A stretch of DNA of 64,000 bases from assembly GCA_963730095.1 (NCBI GenBank), contig CAVSQJ010000001.1:689599-753598 (forward strand). The letters run 5' to 3'. Each line of letters starts with the position of its first letter. The stretch's first letter is position 1. Source of the DNA: an uncultured Acidobacteriota bacterium (GTDB lineage Bacteria > Acidobacteriota > Vicinamibacteria > Vicinamibacterales > SCN-69-37). Positions 19,787 to 28,120 of the stretch are shown here, in pieces. The position numbers and the translations under genes are program-made. Below the pieces are notes generated by a model. That model was not told the DNA's origin and ran no database searches. It saw nothing but the letters and a program-made list of their open reading frames with translations.

Positions 19787-19943
19787 CCCGGCTCCCTCCG
19801 CCGCAGAACGATCCGCGTGGGTTCGGGGGGAGCGGCGACCTGCGCTCACCTGCATCGTCGCCCGGGCCGTGCCTCGGGGTCAACCCTCATCACGTGACGT
19901 CGGCGCGCGGTTAGGCTAACGTGGAGCGAACAGCGATTCATCG

Positions 19944-20771
19944 ATGGCGCGACTCCTCGCGATCTGTCCAGATGTGGGACTCGTGGCGGCGCTCTCCAGC
20001 GGCCTCCCGGGCCACGACTTCGTCCTCTCGGACGGCAACGTCGAGGCGGTGCGGCGCCTGCGCCAGCTGGCGGTCGACGTCGTCGTCACGGATCCGATGA
20101 CGACGGTGCCGGAGGACATTGCGCTCGCGGAGGAGCTGCGCAGCGCGCGCCCTGGCGTGAAGGTGATCTCGCTCGCGCCCGCGACGAGCCACGAGGACGT
20201 CGTCGCGGCGCTGCGGGCGCACGTGTTCGCGTGCTTCACGCCGCCGTTCGACCACGACGAGATCGCGGCGATGGGGCTGGCTGCGCTCCAGGCGGTGGAC
20301 TGGACGCACGGCATCGAGGTCGTCTCCGGGCTGCCGTACTGGATGACGCTGCGTGTGTCGTGCCATCTGCTCACGGCCGAGCGGCTCGTGCGGTTCATGA
20401 CGGAGTTCGAGGACACGCTGCCCGATCGCGAGCGCGACCTGCTCATGACCGCGTTCCGCGAGATGCTGGTCAACGCGATGGAACACGGCGCGGGCTTCGA
20501 TCCGAACAAGGTGATCGAGGTCACCGCCGCGCGGACCAATCGCGCGATCGTGTTTCACTTCCGCGATCCTGGCAACGGCTTCGATCGCGCCGATCTGGCG
20601 CACGCGGCCAAGTCGCGCCTGCCTGAAGAAGTGATCGACACGACGCTTCGCCGCGAACAGGAGGGCCGCCGCCCGGGCGGTTTCGGAATGCTCCTCGTCA
20701 AGCAGATCGCCGACGAGCTCGTGTACAACGAGCGGGGCAACGAGGTGCTGTTGATCAAGCACCTGAAGTGA
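19944..20771 (+). CDS. Receiver-like domain fused to an RsbW/SpoIIAB-type HATPase (Ser-kinase/anti-sigma-like) domain
   Basis: N-terminal CheY-like fold keeps the VVVTD acceptor position, but the conserved Lys position reads TPPF. The C-terminus has N-box EMLVNAMEHG, G1 RDPGNGF and G2 GGFGMLLV. Confidence 0.7.
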   Translation: MARLLAICPDVGLVAALSSGLPGHDFVLSDGNVEAVRRLRQLAVDVVVTDPMTTVPEDIALAEELRSARPGVKVISLAPATSHEDVVAALRAHVFACFTPPFDHDEIAAMGLAALQAVDWTHGIEVVSGLPYWMTLRVSCHLLTAERLVRFMTEFEDTLPDRERDLLMTAFREMLVNAMEHGAGFDPNKVIEVTAARTNRAIVFHFRDPGNGFDRADLAHAAKSRLPEEVIDTTLRREQEGRRPGGFGMLLVKQIADELVYNERGNEVLLIKHLK

Positions 20772-20780
20772 GCGATATCG

Positions 20781-23195
20781 ATGGGCACGCTCCTGCAGGA
20801 CGTGCGTTTCGCCCTGCGCAATTTGCGCCGGACGCCGGCATTTCCGCTGGCTGCCATCGGCACGCTCGCCCTCGGCATCGGCGCGACGACGGCGATCTTC
20901 GGGACGGTCAACGCGGTCCTGCTGAAGCCGCTGCCGTACCCGCGCGCGCAGGATCTCTACTCGCTTCGGACGAGGCTCACCGACGGCCGCACGACGAGCG
21001 GCCTGCTCTCCCCGGTGGAAATCCTGCGGCTCAATTCGCCGAACCTGTCCATTGAGCGGGCGGCGGGTCTCTTTCCGCAGGACGTGACGCTCTTGCGCGA
21101 CGACGGCACGCCGGTTCACACGGAGGTGTACGCCGTCACCGAGGGCTTCTTCGAGCTCTTCGGCCTGCCGATGACGCTCGGCGGCCTCACGCATGAGCAG
21201 TTCGTCGCGAACGGTCCGCCCGTCGTCGTGATCTCGTATCCGACGTGGCAAGACCTGTTTCACGGCGATCCGGCGGTCGTCGGCAAACCGATCCGCTTCG
21301 CGGAGATCACGACAACGGTCGCCGGCGTCGCGCCACGCGGGTTCGACACGCCCCACGGTGCGACCATCTGGTTTGGCACGGCGCTCGACCCGCAGGGCGT
21401 GAATCACAACTTCGAAGGGTTCATGCGGCTCGCGCCTGGCGCGGGCCTCGACCGGGCGCGCAGCGAGATGGCAAGCGTGATGAACGGGCTCGCGCACGAC
21501 TATCCCGCGAGCGACAACTCGCGCGTCTATGTCGTGCGATCGCTCGTCGAGTCGATCGTCGGCGATCTCGGGCCAATTCTCGTCGTCGTGCTGTCGGCGA
21601 CCGCGCTGCTGCTCGTGCTGGCGTGCGTGAACGTGACCAACCTGCTGCTCGCGCGCGGTGCGGCGCGGGCGAGGGAGATGGCGGTCCGCGTCGCGCTCGG
21701 TGCCGGCCGTGGGCGCATCGTCCGCCAGCTGCTGACCGAGTCGGTGCTGCTCGCGACGGCGGGCGCGGCGGTCGGCGTGCTCGCGGCATGGATCGGCACT
21801 CGCGTACTGCTCGAGATCGGCGCGTCGAAATTGCCGCGCCTCGAGTCGGTGACGTTCGACGGGCATGTGCTGCTGTTTGCGCTCGGCGCGCTCGTCGCGA
21901 GCGGCGTGTTCGTCGGGTTTGCGCCGGCGCTGCGGCTGGCCGCGACCGACGTCAAGACGCTGATGAACGAGACCGGCCGTTCGACGTCCGGCGGCCGCGG
22001 CACCGCGCGCTGGCTCGCCGTGATGACCGTGGCCGAGATCGCGCTCGCGGTGACGCTCGTGACCGGGGCGGGCTGGCTCATCCGGGGATTTGCCAATCTC
22101 CGTACGACCGATCCAGGTTTCGCGCCGGAGGGACGCCTGGTGTTCGACGTGGCGTTCATCGGACCCAAGTATCGTGACGGCGTGGCCGTGACTGCCGCGG
22201 CGAACGACCTGCTCGATCGGCTGCGCGCGCTGCCGGGCGTCGTCGCCGCGGGCGCGACGTCGAATTTTCCGTTTCGCGGCGGCAGCGGCCAGGAAAACTC
22301 GCTGCTCGTGCAGCGTCATGGCGAGACGATGGACCCGGCGCATCCGCTCGGGTCCCGGCAGCGCACGGCCAGTCCGGGCTACTTCGGCGCGATGGGGATC
22401 GCGCTCATCGCCGGGCGCGATTTCACGATCGACGATCGCCAGGACACCAGGCCCGTCGTGATCGTCAATCAGGCGTTCGCGCGCAGGAACCTGGCGGGGC
22501 AGGATCCGCTCACCGCGCGTTTTTCGGCCGGCTATCCGACGATCGACACGCGCACCGAGTTCACGATCGTCGGCGTCGTTGCGGACGTGCGCCAGCGATC
22601 GCTCAGCGATCCGCCCGAACCGGCGTACTACAACCCGCACGGGCAAGGCACGCCCCGCCGGCACACGGTCGTCGTTCACACGCGCCAGGCGGATCTCGCG
22701 TCGCTCGAATCCTCGATTCGGAGCGAGATCAGACAGACCGATCCGCAGATGGCGATCGACTTCGCGGACGCGACCGAGCTCGTCGGATCGACCCTGCGGC
22801 GGCAGCAGCTGGGCATGACGCTGATGCTGCTCTTTGGCGCGGCGGCAGTTGCGCTCGCGGCCGTGGGGATCTACGGCGTGATCGCCTACGCGGCCGCACA
22901 GCGCCGGAGCGAGGTCGCGACGCGACTGGCGCTCGGCGCGACGCCGTGGAATGTGTTCTGGCTCGTCATGAAAGAGGGGCAATGGCTCACCGCGCTCGGC
23001 GCGGTGACTGGCGTCCTCGTCGCGTATTTTTCCGGTCGCGTCGTGTCGAGCCGGCTCTACGAGGTGCGCGCCTCCGATCCGCTGATTCTCTTGTCCGCGA
23101 CCGCGCTCGTCGCCGCGATCGCGATCGCCGCGACGATGATCCCCGCGTTTCGTGCGTCGCGACTCGATCCGTCGCGCGTGCTGCGTCCCGATTAG
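20781..23195 (+). CDS. ADOP-type duplicated MacB/FtsX permease lacking the N-terminal prefix
   Basis: Starts directly at MGTLLQDVRFALRNLRRTPAFPLAAIGTLALGIG (TM1). Two FtsX blocks; ends LDPSRVLRPD. It lies 9 nt after the previous gene. Confidence 0.9.
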   Translation: MGTLLQDVRFALRNLRRTPAFPLAAIGTLALGIGATTAIFGTVNAVLLKPLPYPRAQDLYSLRTRLTDGRTTSGLLSPVEILRLNSPNLSIERAAGLFPQDVTLLRDDGTPVHTEVYAVTEGFFELFGLPMTLGGLTHEQFVANGPPVVVISYPTWQDLFHGDPAVVGKPIRFAEITTTVAGVAPRGFDTPHGATIWFGTALDPQGVNHNFEGFMRLAPGAGLDRARSEMASVMNGLAHDYPASDNSRVYVVRSLVESIVGDLGPILVVVLSATALLLVLACVNVTNLLLARGAARAREMAVRVALGAGRGRIVRQLLTESVLLATAGAAVGVLAAWIGTRVLLEIGASKLPRLESVTFDGHVLLFALGALVASGVFVGFAPALRLAATDVKTLMNETGRSTSGGRGTARWLAVMTVAEIALAVTLVTGAGWLIRGFANLRTTDPGFAPEGRLVFDVAFIGPKYRDGVAVTAAANDLLDRLRALPGVVAAGATSNFPFRGGSGQENSLLVQRHGETMDPAHPLGSRQRTASPGYFGAMGIALIAGRDFTIDDRQDTRPVVIVNQAFARRNLAGQDPLTARFSAGYPTIDTRTEFTIVGVVADVRQRSLSDPPEPAYYNPHGQGTPRRHTVVVHTRQADLASLESSIRSEIRQTDPQMAIDFADATELVGSTLRRQQLGMTLMLLFGAAAVALAAVGIYGVIAYAAAQRRSEVATRLALGATPWNVFWLVMKEGQWLTALGAVTGVLVAYFSGRVVSSRLYEVRASDPLILLSATALVAAIAIAATMIPAFRASRLDPSRVLRPD

Positions 23196-24778
23196 CCGCC
23201 GGCCCGCGCCGGCACGATCTCGAGCGGCCGCATCATCTCGTTGTCGCCGTGCTCGAGCAAGTGGCAGTGCCACATGTAGCGGCCGGTGTAGCCTTCGAAC
23301 TTGATGATGATCCGCGTCACCGTGCCGGAGTCCACGCGCACGGTGTCCTTCCACCCGGACTCGCCCGGTGTGGGCGGCATCGCGGGGGCGACGTACCGCA
23401 CGCGGCCGTGGGTCCGGTACTCGAACTTGTCGACGATCCGGCGATCGAGAATCTGAAACCTGACCAGGTGCAGATGGATCGGATGCGAGTCGTCGGTCAG
23501 GTTGACGAGCTCCCACACTTCGACCGAATCGAGCGTCGGCCGTTCGGTCACCGGATCGTGCCACGAGGCGTTGTTGATGAGCATTCGCATCGGCTGCATC
23601 ACGGCGTCGTTCACTTCGTCGAGGGCATGCGTCCGCGTTCGTACCGCCATCGATTCAGCGAGCCTGGCGATCCGCCGACTGAGCACGGGCACGTGCGAAG
23701 GCGTCGAGCCCGCTGCGGTCCGCCGCACTCGATACTGCATGACCGGCTGGCCCGCGGTGACGAGCGTGATTGCGCGGCCGGCGTGGGCGGAGAAGTCCAC
23801 GAGCACGTCGGCGCGCTCCGCCGGCGCGAGCATGAGAAGCGTCGCCGGTGCGGGACGCTCGAGCAGTCCCTGATCGCCGCCGATTTGCGTCAGCGGCACG
23901 GCCTCCCCGGCCGACAGCCGCAGAAACGTGCCGTTGCACGCGTTGATCATGCGGAAGCGGTAGAGCGCCGGCTCGACGTCGAGGCAAGGGAACAGTGCTC
24001 CGTTCACCAGCATCGCCTCGCCGAAGACCCCGGGCACCCACGGCGCGTCCGGATCGTCTGACACGGGGTAGACGAGCTGAGCCGACGAGTCGAGCATGCG
24101 ATCGCAGAAGATCAACGGGATGTCGCGCGCGCCGCTCGGCAGGCCGATCGCGTCCTCCTCATCGTCCCGAATGAGATACGCGCCAACGAGGCCGGCATAC
24201 ACGTTGAGGCGATTGATGCCCATCGTGTGGTCGTGGTACCAGAGTGTCGTCGCGTCCTGCTGGTTCGGATAAAAGAACGACGAGGTGTGGCCCGGCGTGG
24301 TCCAGCTCTCCGGGTGCCCGTCGTCCTCTGGCTTCACGCGGGCGCCGTGGACGTGCACGACCGCGCGCGTCTCGGGCACGTCGTGTCCCGCGCCATGAAT
24401 CGTGTGATCGATGGGCAGGAAGTGCCGTGACGGCAGCTCGTTGATCCAATCGATCCAGATCGGCTGTCCCTTCCGCGCTTCGATCGTCGGGCCGGGAAAC
24501 GTCGAGCCAAAACTCCAGAACCGCGTCGGCGGAAGATCGGGGTGGAGTCGTGTCTCGACCTGGCGCATGGGGAGCTGGTAGACGGGTGTATGCGTCGCGC
24601 CGGTCGACTTGACGCTCGTGGCCTTGAGGGTTGGTGGAATCGGAAGAGGACTCACGAAGGGCCGCAGGCGCGACAGGTCGAGCGCCGGCGGCACTTTCTG
24701 CCGAGCCGCCACGCGGCTGCCGACGGCCACGCTCACCGCGAGCTGGCCGGAGCGCCTGAGAAAGTCTCGCCGGGTCAT
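23192..24778 (-). CDS. Tat-exported multicopper oxidase (CotA/bilirubin-oxidase-like)
   Basis: Start at MTRRDFLRRSGQLAV (M170 of ORF 23192..25285). Copper motifs are HVHGA, WYHDHTMG, HPIHLHL and MWHCHLLEHGDNEMM. Confidence 0.85.
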   Translation of the reverse strand: MTRRDFLRRSGQLAVSVAVGSRVAARQKVPPALDLSRLRPFVSPLPIPPTLKATSVKSTGATHTPVYQLPMRQVETRLHPDLPPTRFWSFGSTFPGPTIEARKGQPIWIDWINELPSRHFLPIDHTIHGAGHDVPETRAVVHVHGARVKPEDDGHPESWTTPGHTSSFFYPNQQDATTLWYHDHTMGINRLNVYAGLVGAYLIRDDEEDAIGLPSGARDIPLIFCDRMLDSSAQLVYPVSDDPDAPWVPGVFGEAMLVNGALFPCLDVEPALYRFRMINACNGTFLRLSAGEAVPLTQIGGDQGLLERPAPATLLMLAPAERADVLVDFSAHAGRAITLVTAGQPVMQYRVRRTAAGSTPSHVPVLSRRIARLAESMAVRTRTHALDEVNDAVMQPMRMLINNASWHDPVTERPTLDSVEVWELVNLTDDSHPIHLHLVRFQILDRRIVDKFEYRTHGRVRYVAPAMPPTPGESGWKDTVRVDSGTVTRIIIKFEGYTGRYMWHCHLLEHGDNEMMRPLEIVPARAGG

Positions 24779-24843
24779 ACGAGAAAATGTCGCGGACACC
24801 GCGCCTGCGAGCGTGCAGGCGCGATGTCCGGTGACGAGCGTGC

Positions 24844-26443
24844 TCAGAACACAGGCTGTCCAGTCGACTCGTTCAGGAACAGCCGCCTCGGGAAGAGCAG
24901 TCGGGGCGGATCCGGATCCAACATGCTGCGGATCGAATGCGCGAGCGCGTCGAACGATCCCTGTCCGATCCGCTCCCCGCCGAGCCAGTTGTCCTCGATG
25001 AACCTGATGATCGACGTCTGGTCGGTGACGGTGTGATCGATGAAGTTCGCACGGGCCATCGGCGAGATCACCAGCAGCGGCAACCGCGGGCCGTAGCCGC
25101 AGCGTCCCTGCGCGTGCGCGGTCGCCGAATTCACGCCGGGCAGCGCGGACGAACCGTCGCCGCACTGGCCGGGCCCGGTCAGGCCGTCCTGGCCAGTCTC
25201 CGAGTGATTCACGATCGGGCTCATCTGGTGGTCGTACCATCCGTCCGAATCGTCGTACGCGATCACCACGACCGTGTCGCGCCATTCGGGCCGCTGCTGC
25301 AGGAAGTTCAGCACGTGCACGATGAACGTCTGCTCATCCAGCGGATCGGAATTCCCCGCGTGGCCGTTCTGGAACTTCGGCGGCTTCAGGAAGCTGACCG
25401 CCGGGAAATTGCCGGCCTCGACCGCGGCGTAGAAATCCTGGATGTCGTACTGATGGTGCGCCTGGTCGCTGTGCCCGATGTTGCCGATTGAGTTCGGCCG
25501 CACGTGATCCGGGTTCGCCGTCGATGTGTAGTACTGAAACGGTTCATGATGCGGCACGTAGTCCTTCGACGCCCCGGCCAGTGCCGACGTCGAGGTCCGG
25601 TTACAGCCGGTCGAGCCGTCGGCGTTGGTCAGTTTGAGGTTGAACCCGCCCTCGAACCAGCCCCACGTGACGTGCGCGTCGTTCAGGAGGTCGCCGATGT
25701 TGCGTCCCGTCATCTGGACGGTCTCGCTTCCGGAGCATTTGTCGCCCGTCGGATCCGGATCGCCGATGACCGTGTACCGAGCCCCCGCCGTCCGGGATGA
25801 CGTCGCTGGTGATCGTCGAAGGATTTGCGCCGTTGGTCTGGCCAGAGATCAGGTTGAGGGCGCCGACCGTCGACGGTCCGAAGTTCGTGCCGTACGAATT
25901 GTCACTCATCGCGAAGTGCTGTGCATAGTTCCACAGGGCGGTCACCGTGTTGCCGTCGTAGTAACCCATGGTGAGGCCCGTCGTGCTGAAGACGCCGCCG
26001 CCCGGGGGCGGCGGACCGGGCACGCCGACCGAGGCCGGGAACAAGTCCATCAAGCCGTGATTGAAGGCGAGTTGCTCCGGGCCGTAGTCGTGATCCTGGT
26101 CGGCGGTGACGGCCTGCGATCGATCCAGGCGGAACGGATTGGAAGCGCCGAGCATATTCGCCGGGTTCAGCTTGTTCGGATTGGCCGAGAGCAACCCGCC
26201 CGTGAGCGTGTTGGCGGTGGGCGTGTCGGGATCCGCCTCGAACCTGGGCTGCCCGCCCGGGTTGAGCGCGTGTGGATACGTGCCGAAGTAATGATCGAAC
26301 GAGATGTTTTCGTCGAAGATGACGACGATGTGACGAACGACCGGGCCGTCATCGCGATCCTTGTCGGTTCGCGTGGCGGCCGGCAGCAACACGGTCGCAC
26401 ACATTGTCAGGAAGCCGGTAAACACCCACTTGCGCAAATACAT
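24844..26443 (-). pseudogene. Phosphoesterase family protein (phospholipase C / AcpA-type acid phosphatase), single frameshift near 25775-25790
   Basis: N-terminal half is in ORF 25601..26512 (RHIVVIFDENISFDHYFGTYP..SDVIPDGGG). It continues in the frame of ORF 24844..25713 (YTVIGDPDPTGDKCSGSETVQMTGRNIGDLLND..). The junction sits at a C5 run. Confidence 0.8.
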
Positions 26444-26556
26444 ATGAGATCCTCCGGGGCCGCAGGGAAGCGGTGGCCGTACCGGCGGATCGTGCCGTGG
26501 CGTCGTGACCAATCAGTGACGTTGATGTCGCTTCGACGTAAATCTGGAGGGCCGCG

Positions 26557-26871
26557 TCAGTCGACGTGAATGGACGCGTCGAATCGCTCGGCGATGCTGG
26601 CGTCGCCTTCCCACTCGCGCCAACGCTTGAGACCGAGCGGGGCGCTGCCGGCCGACTGGGCGTGGAACTCGAACGTGCGCGTGCCGCGCCCGCCAACGCC
26701 GCCTGCCGCATCGAACGTATCCTTGCGCAGCGCGAGGTTGACGGACGAGACGTCGATCTTCCAGCGGAAGCCGCTGCCCGGCGTCTCAGGCAGGCGCAGC
26801 AGCAGCTCGTCGCCGACACGCGCGCGCACGGTGCCGCCGTTGTCCTTCGACGTCGCGACGACCGTCGACAT
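26557..26871 (-). CDS. Chagasin-type (I42) cysteine-protease inhibitor
   Basis: 104 aa with the three family loops: LPETPGSGFRWKI, AAGGVGGRGTRTFEF and LKRWREWEG. Confidence 0.75.
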   Translation of the reverse strand: MSTVVATSKDNGGTVRARVGDELLLRLPETPGSGFRWKIDVSSVNLALRKDTFDAAGGVGGRGTRTFEFHAQSAGSAPLGLKRWREWEGDASIAERFDASIHVD

Positions 26872-26874
26872 GCG

Positions 26875-27024
26875 TCAGACGGGTCGCCGGCCCTGAATGA
26901 TGCGGATCAGCACCACCACGATCGCCAACAGGAGCAGAATGTGAATGAAGCCGCCGAGGGTGTACGACGACACCACGCCCAGCAGCCACAGAACCAGAAG
27001 CAGCACGAAGATCGTCATCAACAT
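26875..27024 (-). CDS. lmo0937-family small membrane protein (49 aa; absent from the ORF track)
   Basis: My manual translation is MLMTIFVLLLVLWLLGVVSSYTLGGFIHILLLLAIVVVLIRIIQGRRPV, i.e. two TM helices and a basic tail. The stop lies 3 nt before the I42 inhibitor start. Confidence 0.65.
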   Translation of the reverse strand: MLMTIFVLLLVLWLLGVVSSYTLGGFIHILLLLAIVVVLIRIIQGRRPV

Positions 27025-27180
27025 CGTCCGAGTCCCCTCAGACCCGATTCAGTGGGTCGCCGCTTGGGACTGCACGAGCCGTGCCCGAAGATCCGGCGCG
27101 TTGAGCCGCGCTGGAAGGAAGCCGGATGCCTACTCTGGGAAGCGGGCGGGCCACTTCGGTCGAGGCGTGTGCCAGCGGCG

Positions 27181-28035
27181 CTACCGTCCGAGCCCGCACG
27201 ACGCGAGCTCGCCGCCGTCGAGTCCGCGCTTGAACGACGCGACGCGATCGGCCGACGACCCGTGCGTGAACGATTCGGGCATGACGCGACCGGTGCTCTC
27301 GCGCTGGAGACGATCGTCGCCAATCGCGGCGGCGGCGTTGAGTCCCTGTTGCACGTCGCTCGTGTCGATGTAGCCCCGCTGGGCCGCCGAGTGCCCCCAG
27401 ACCCCGGCAAGACAATCGGCCTGCAGCTCCTGGCGTACCGACAGCGCGTTCGCCTGCGCGCGCGAGAGCCCGGAGCCGCTCGACAGCGCGCCCATCAGCG
27501 TCTGCACGTGATGGCCGACCTCGTGTGCGATGACGTACGCCTGGGCGAAGTCACCGGGCGCGCCGAAGCGCTCCGCCAGCTCGCGGAAAAAACTCAGGTC
27601 GAGATAGAGCTTGTGATCGCCGGGACAGTAGAACGGGCCCACCGCCGCCGAGCTCAGCCCGCACGCCGAATCGACTTGATCGTTGAAGAGCACGAGCGTC
27701 GGCGGCGGATACGTCTGGCCCGTCTTCGCGAAAATCGCGGCCCACGTGTCTTCGGTGTCGCCGAGGATCTTTCGAGCGAACCTTGAAGCGGTGTCGTTGG
27801 CCGGCGGCGCGCCTGCGGGCTCGCTCACGCCGCTCGGCGCCGACCCGTCAGGCGAGATCAACTGCATCGGATCGACGCCGAACAGGTAGCTGACCAGGAG
27901 CAGGATCAGCAATCCGCCGAGGCCCAGGCCGCCCGTACGGAACATCATCCCGCCGCCGCCGAAGCCGCCGCTCGCGGCGCCAGAACCGCGCCGGTCCTCG
28001 ACGTTGTCGCTCTGTCGCAGGTCTTCCCACTTCAT
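27181..28035 (-). CDS. YpfJ-family neutral zinc metallopeptidase
   Basis: MKWEDLRQSDNVEDRRG, a Gly-rich stretch, a TM, then GPFYCPGD..YVIAHEVGHHVQ (HExxH). Confidence 0.85.
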   Translation of the reverse strand: MKWEDLRQSDNVEDRRGSGAASGGFGGGGMMFRTGGLGLGGLLILLLVSYLFGVDPMQLISPDGSAPSGVSEPAGAPPANDTASRFARKILGDTEDTWAAIFAKTGQTYPPPTLVLFNDQVDSACGLSSAAVGPFYCPGDHKLYLDLSFFRELAERFGAPGDFAQAYVIAHEVGHHVQTLMGALSSGSGLSRAQANALSVRQELQADCLAGVWGHSAAQRGYIDTSDVQQGLNAAAAIGDDRLQRESTGRVMPESFTHGSSADRVASFKRGLDGGELASCGLGR

Positions 28036-28120
28036 AGGTGCGCGCCCGCGGAGTCATCCGCGCGTTTGCCGTGTGCTGGGTGAGAGGCCAGTGTACCGGA
28101 TTCCGGCGCCGGCGGCGTCG

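Noticed and set aside
19938-23564. Very long antisense ORFs. Examples: 1208 aa at 19938..23564(-), 1318 aa at 56923..60879(-), 911 aa at 15699..18434(+), 801 aa at 46596..49001(-), 622 aa at 44894..46762(+), 517 aa at 31154..32707(+), and many shorter ones.
   Set aside because: They are Arg/Ala/Gly/Pro-rich with no recognisable motifs, and each lies opposite a gene with clear family signatures. These are typical shadow ORFs of GC-rich DNA. Only the last 223 codons of 56923..60879 (MarC) are real.
23192-25285. The 697-aa version of the multicopper oxidase ORF and the 506-aa version of ORF 38019..39539.
   Set aside because: The N-terminal extensions overlap the neighbouring gene in another frame (the PLC gene) or are the C-terminal fragment of the acylase pseudogene. 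Internal starts with Tat or Sec signals (24778 and 39245) fit better.
27025-27180. A structured RNA or riboswitch in the ~155-nt leader of the lmo0937-type small gene.
   Set aside because: Only one modest 7-bp stem (ATCCGGC/GCCGGAT) is visible and there are no known riboswitch motifs. It may simply hold the YpfJ terminator and a promoter.
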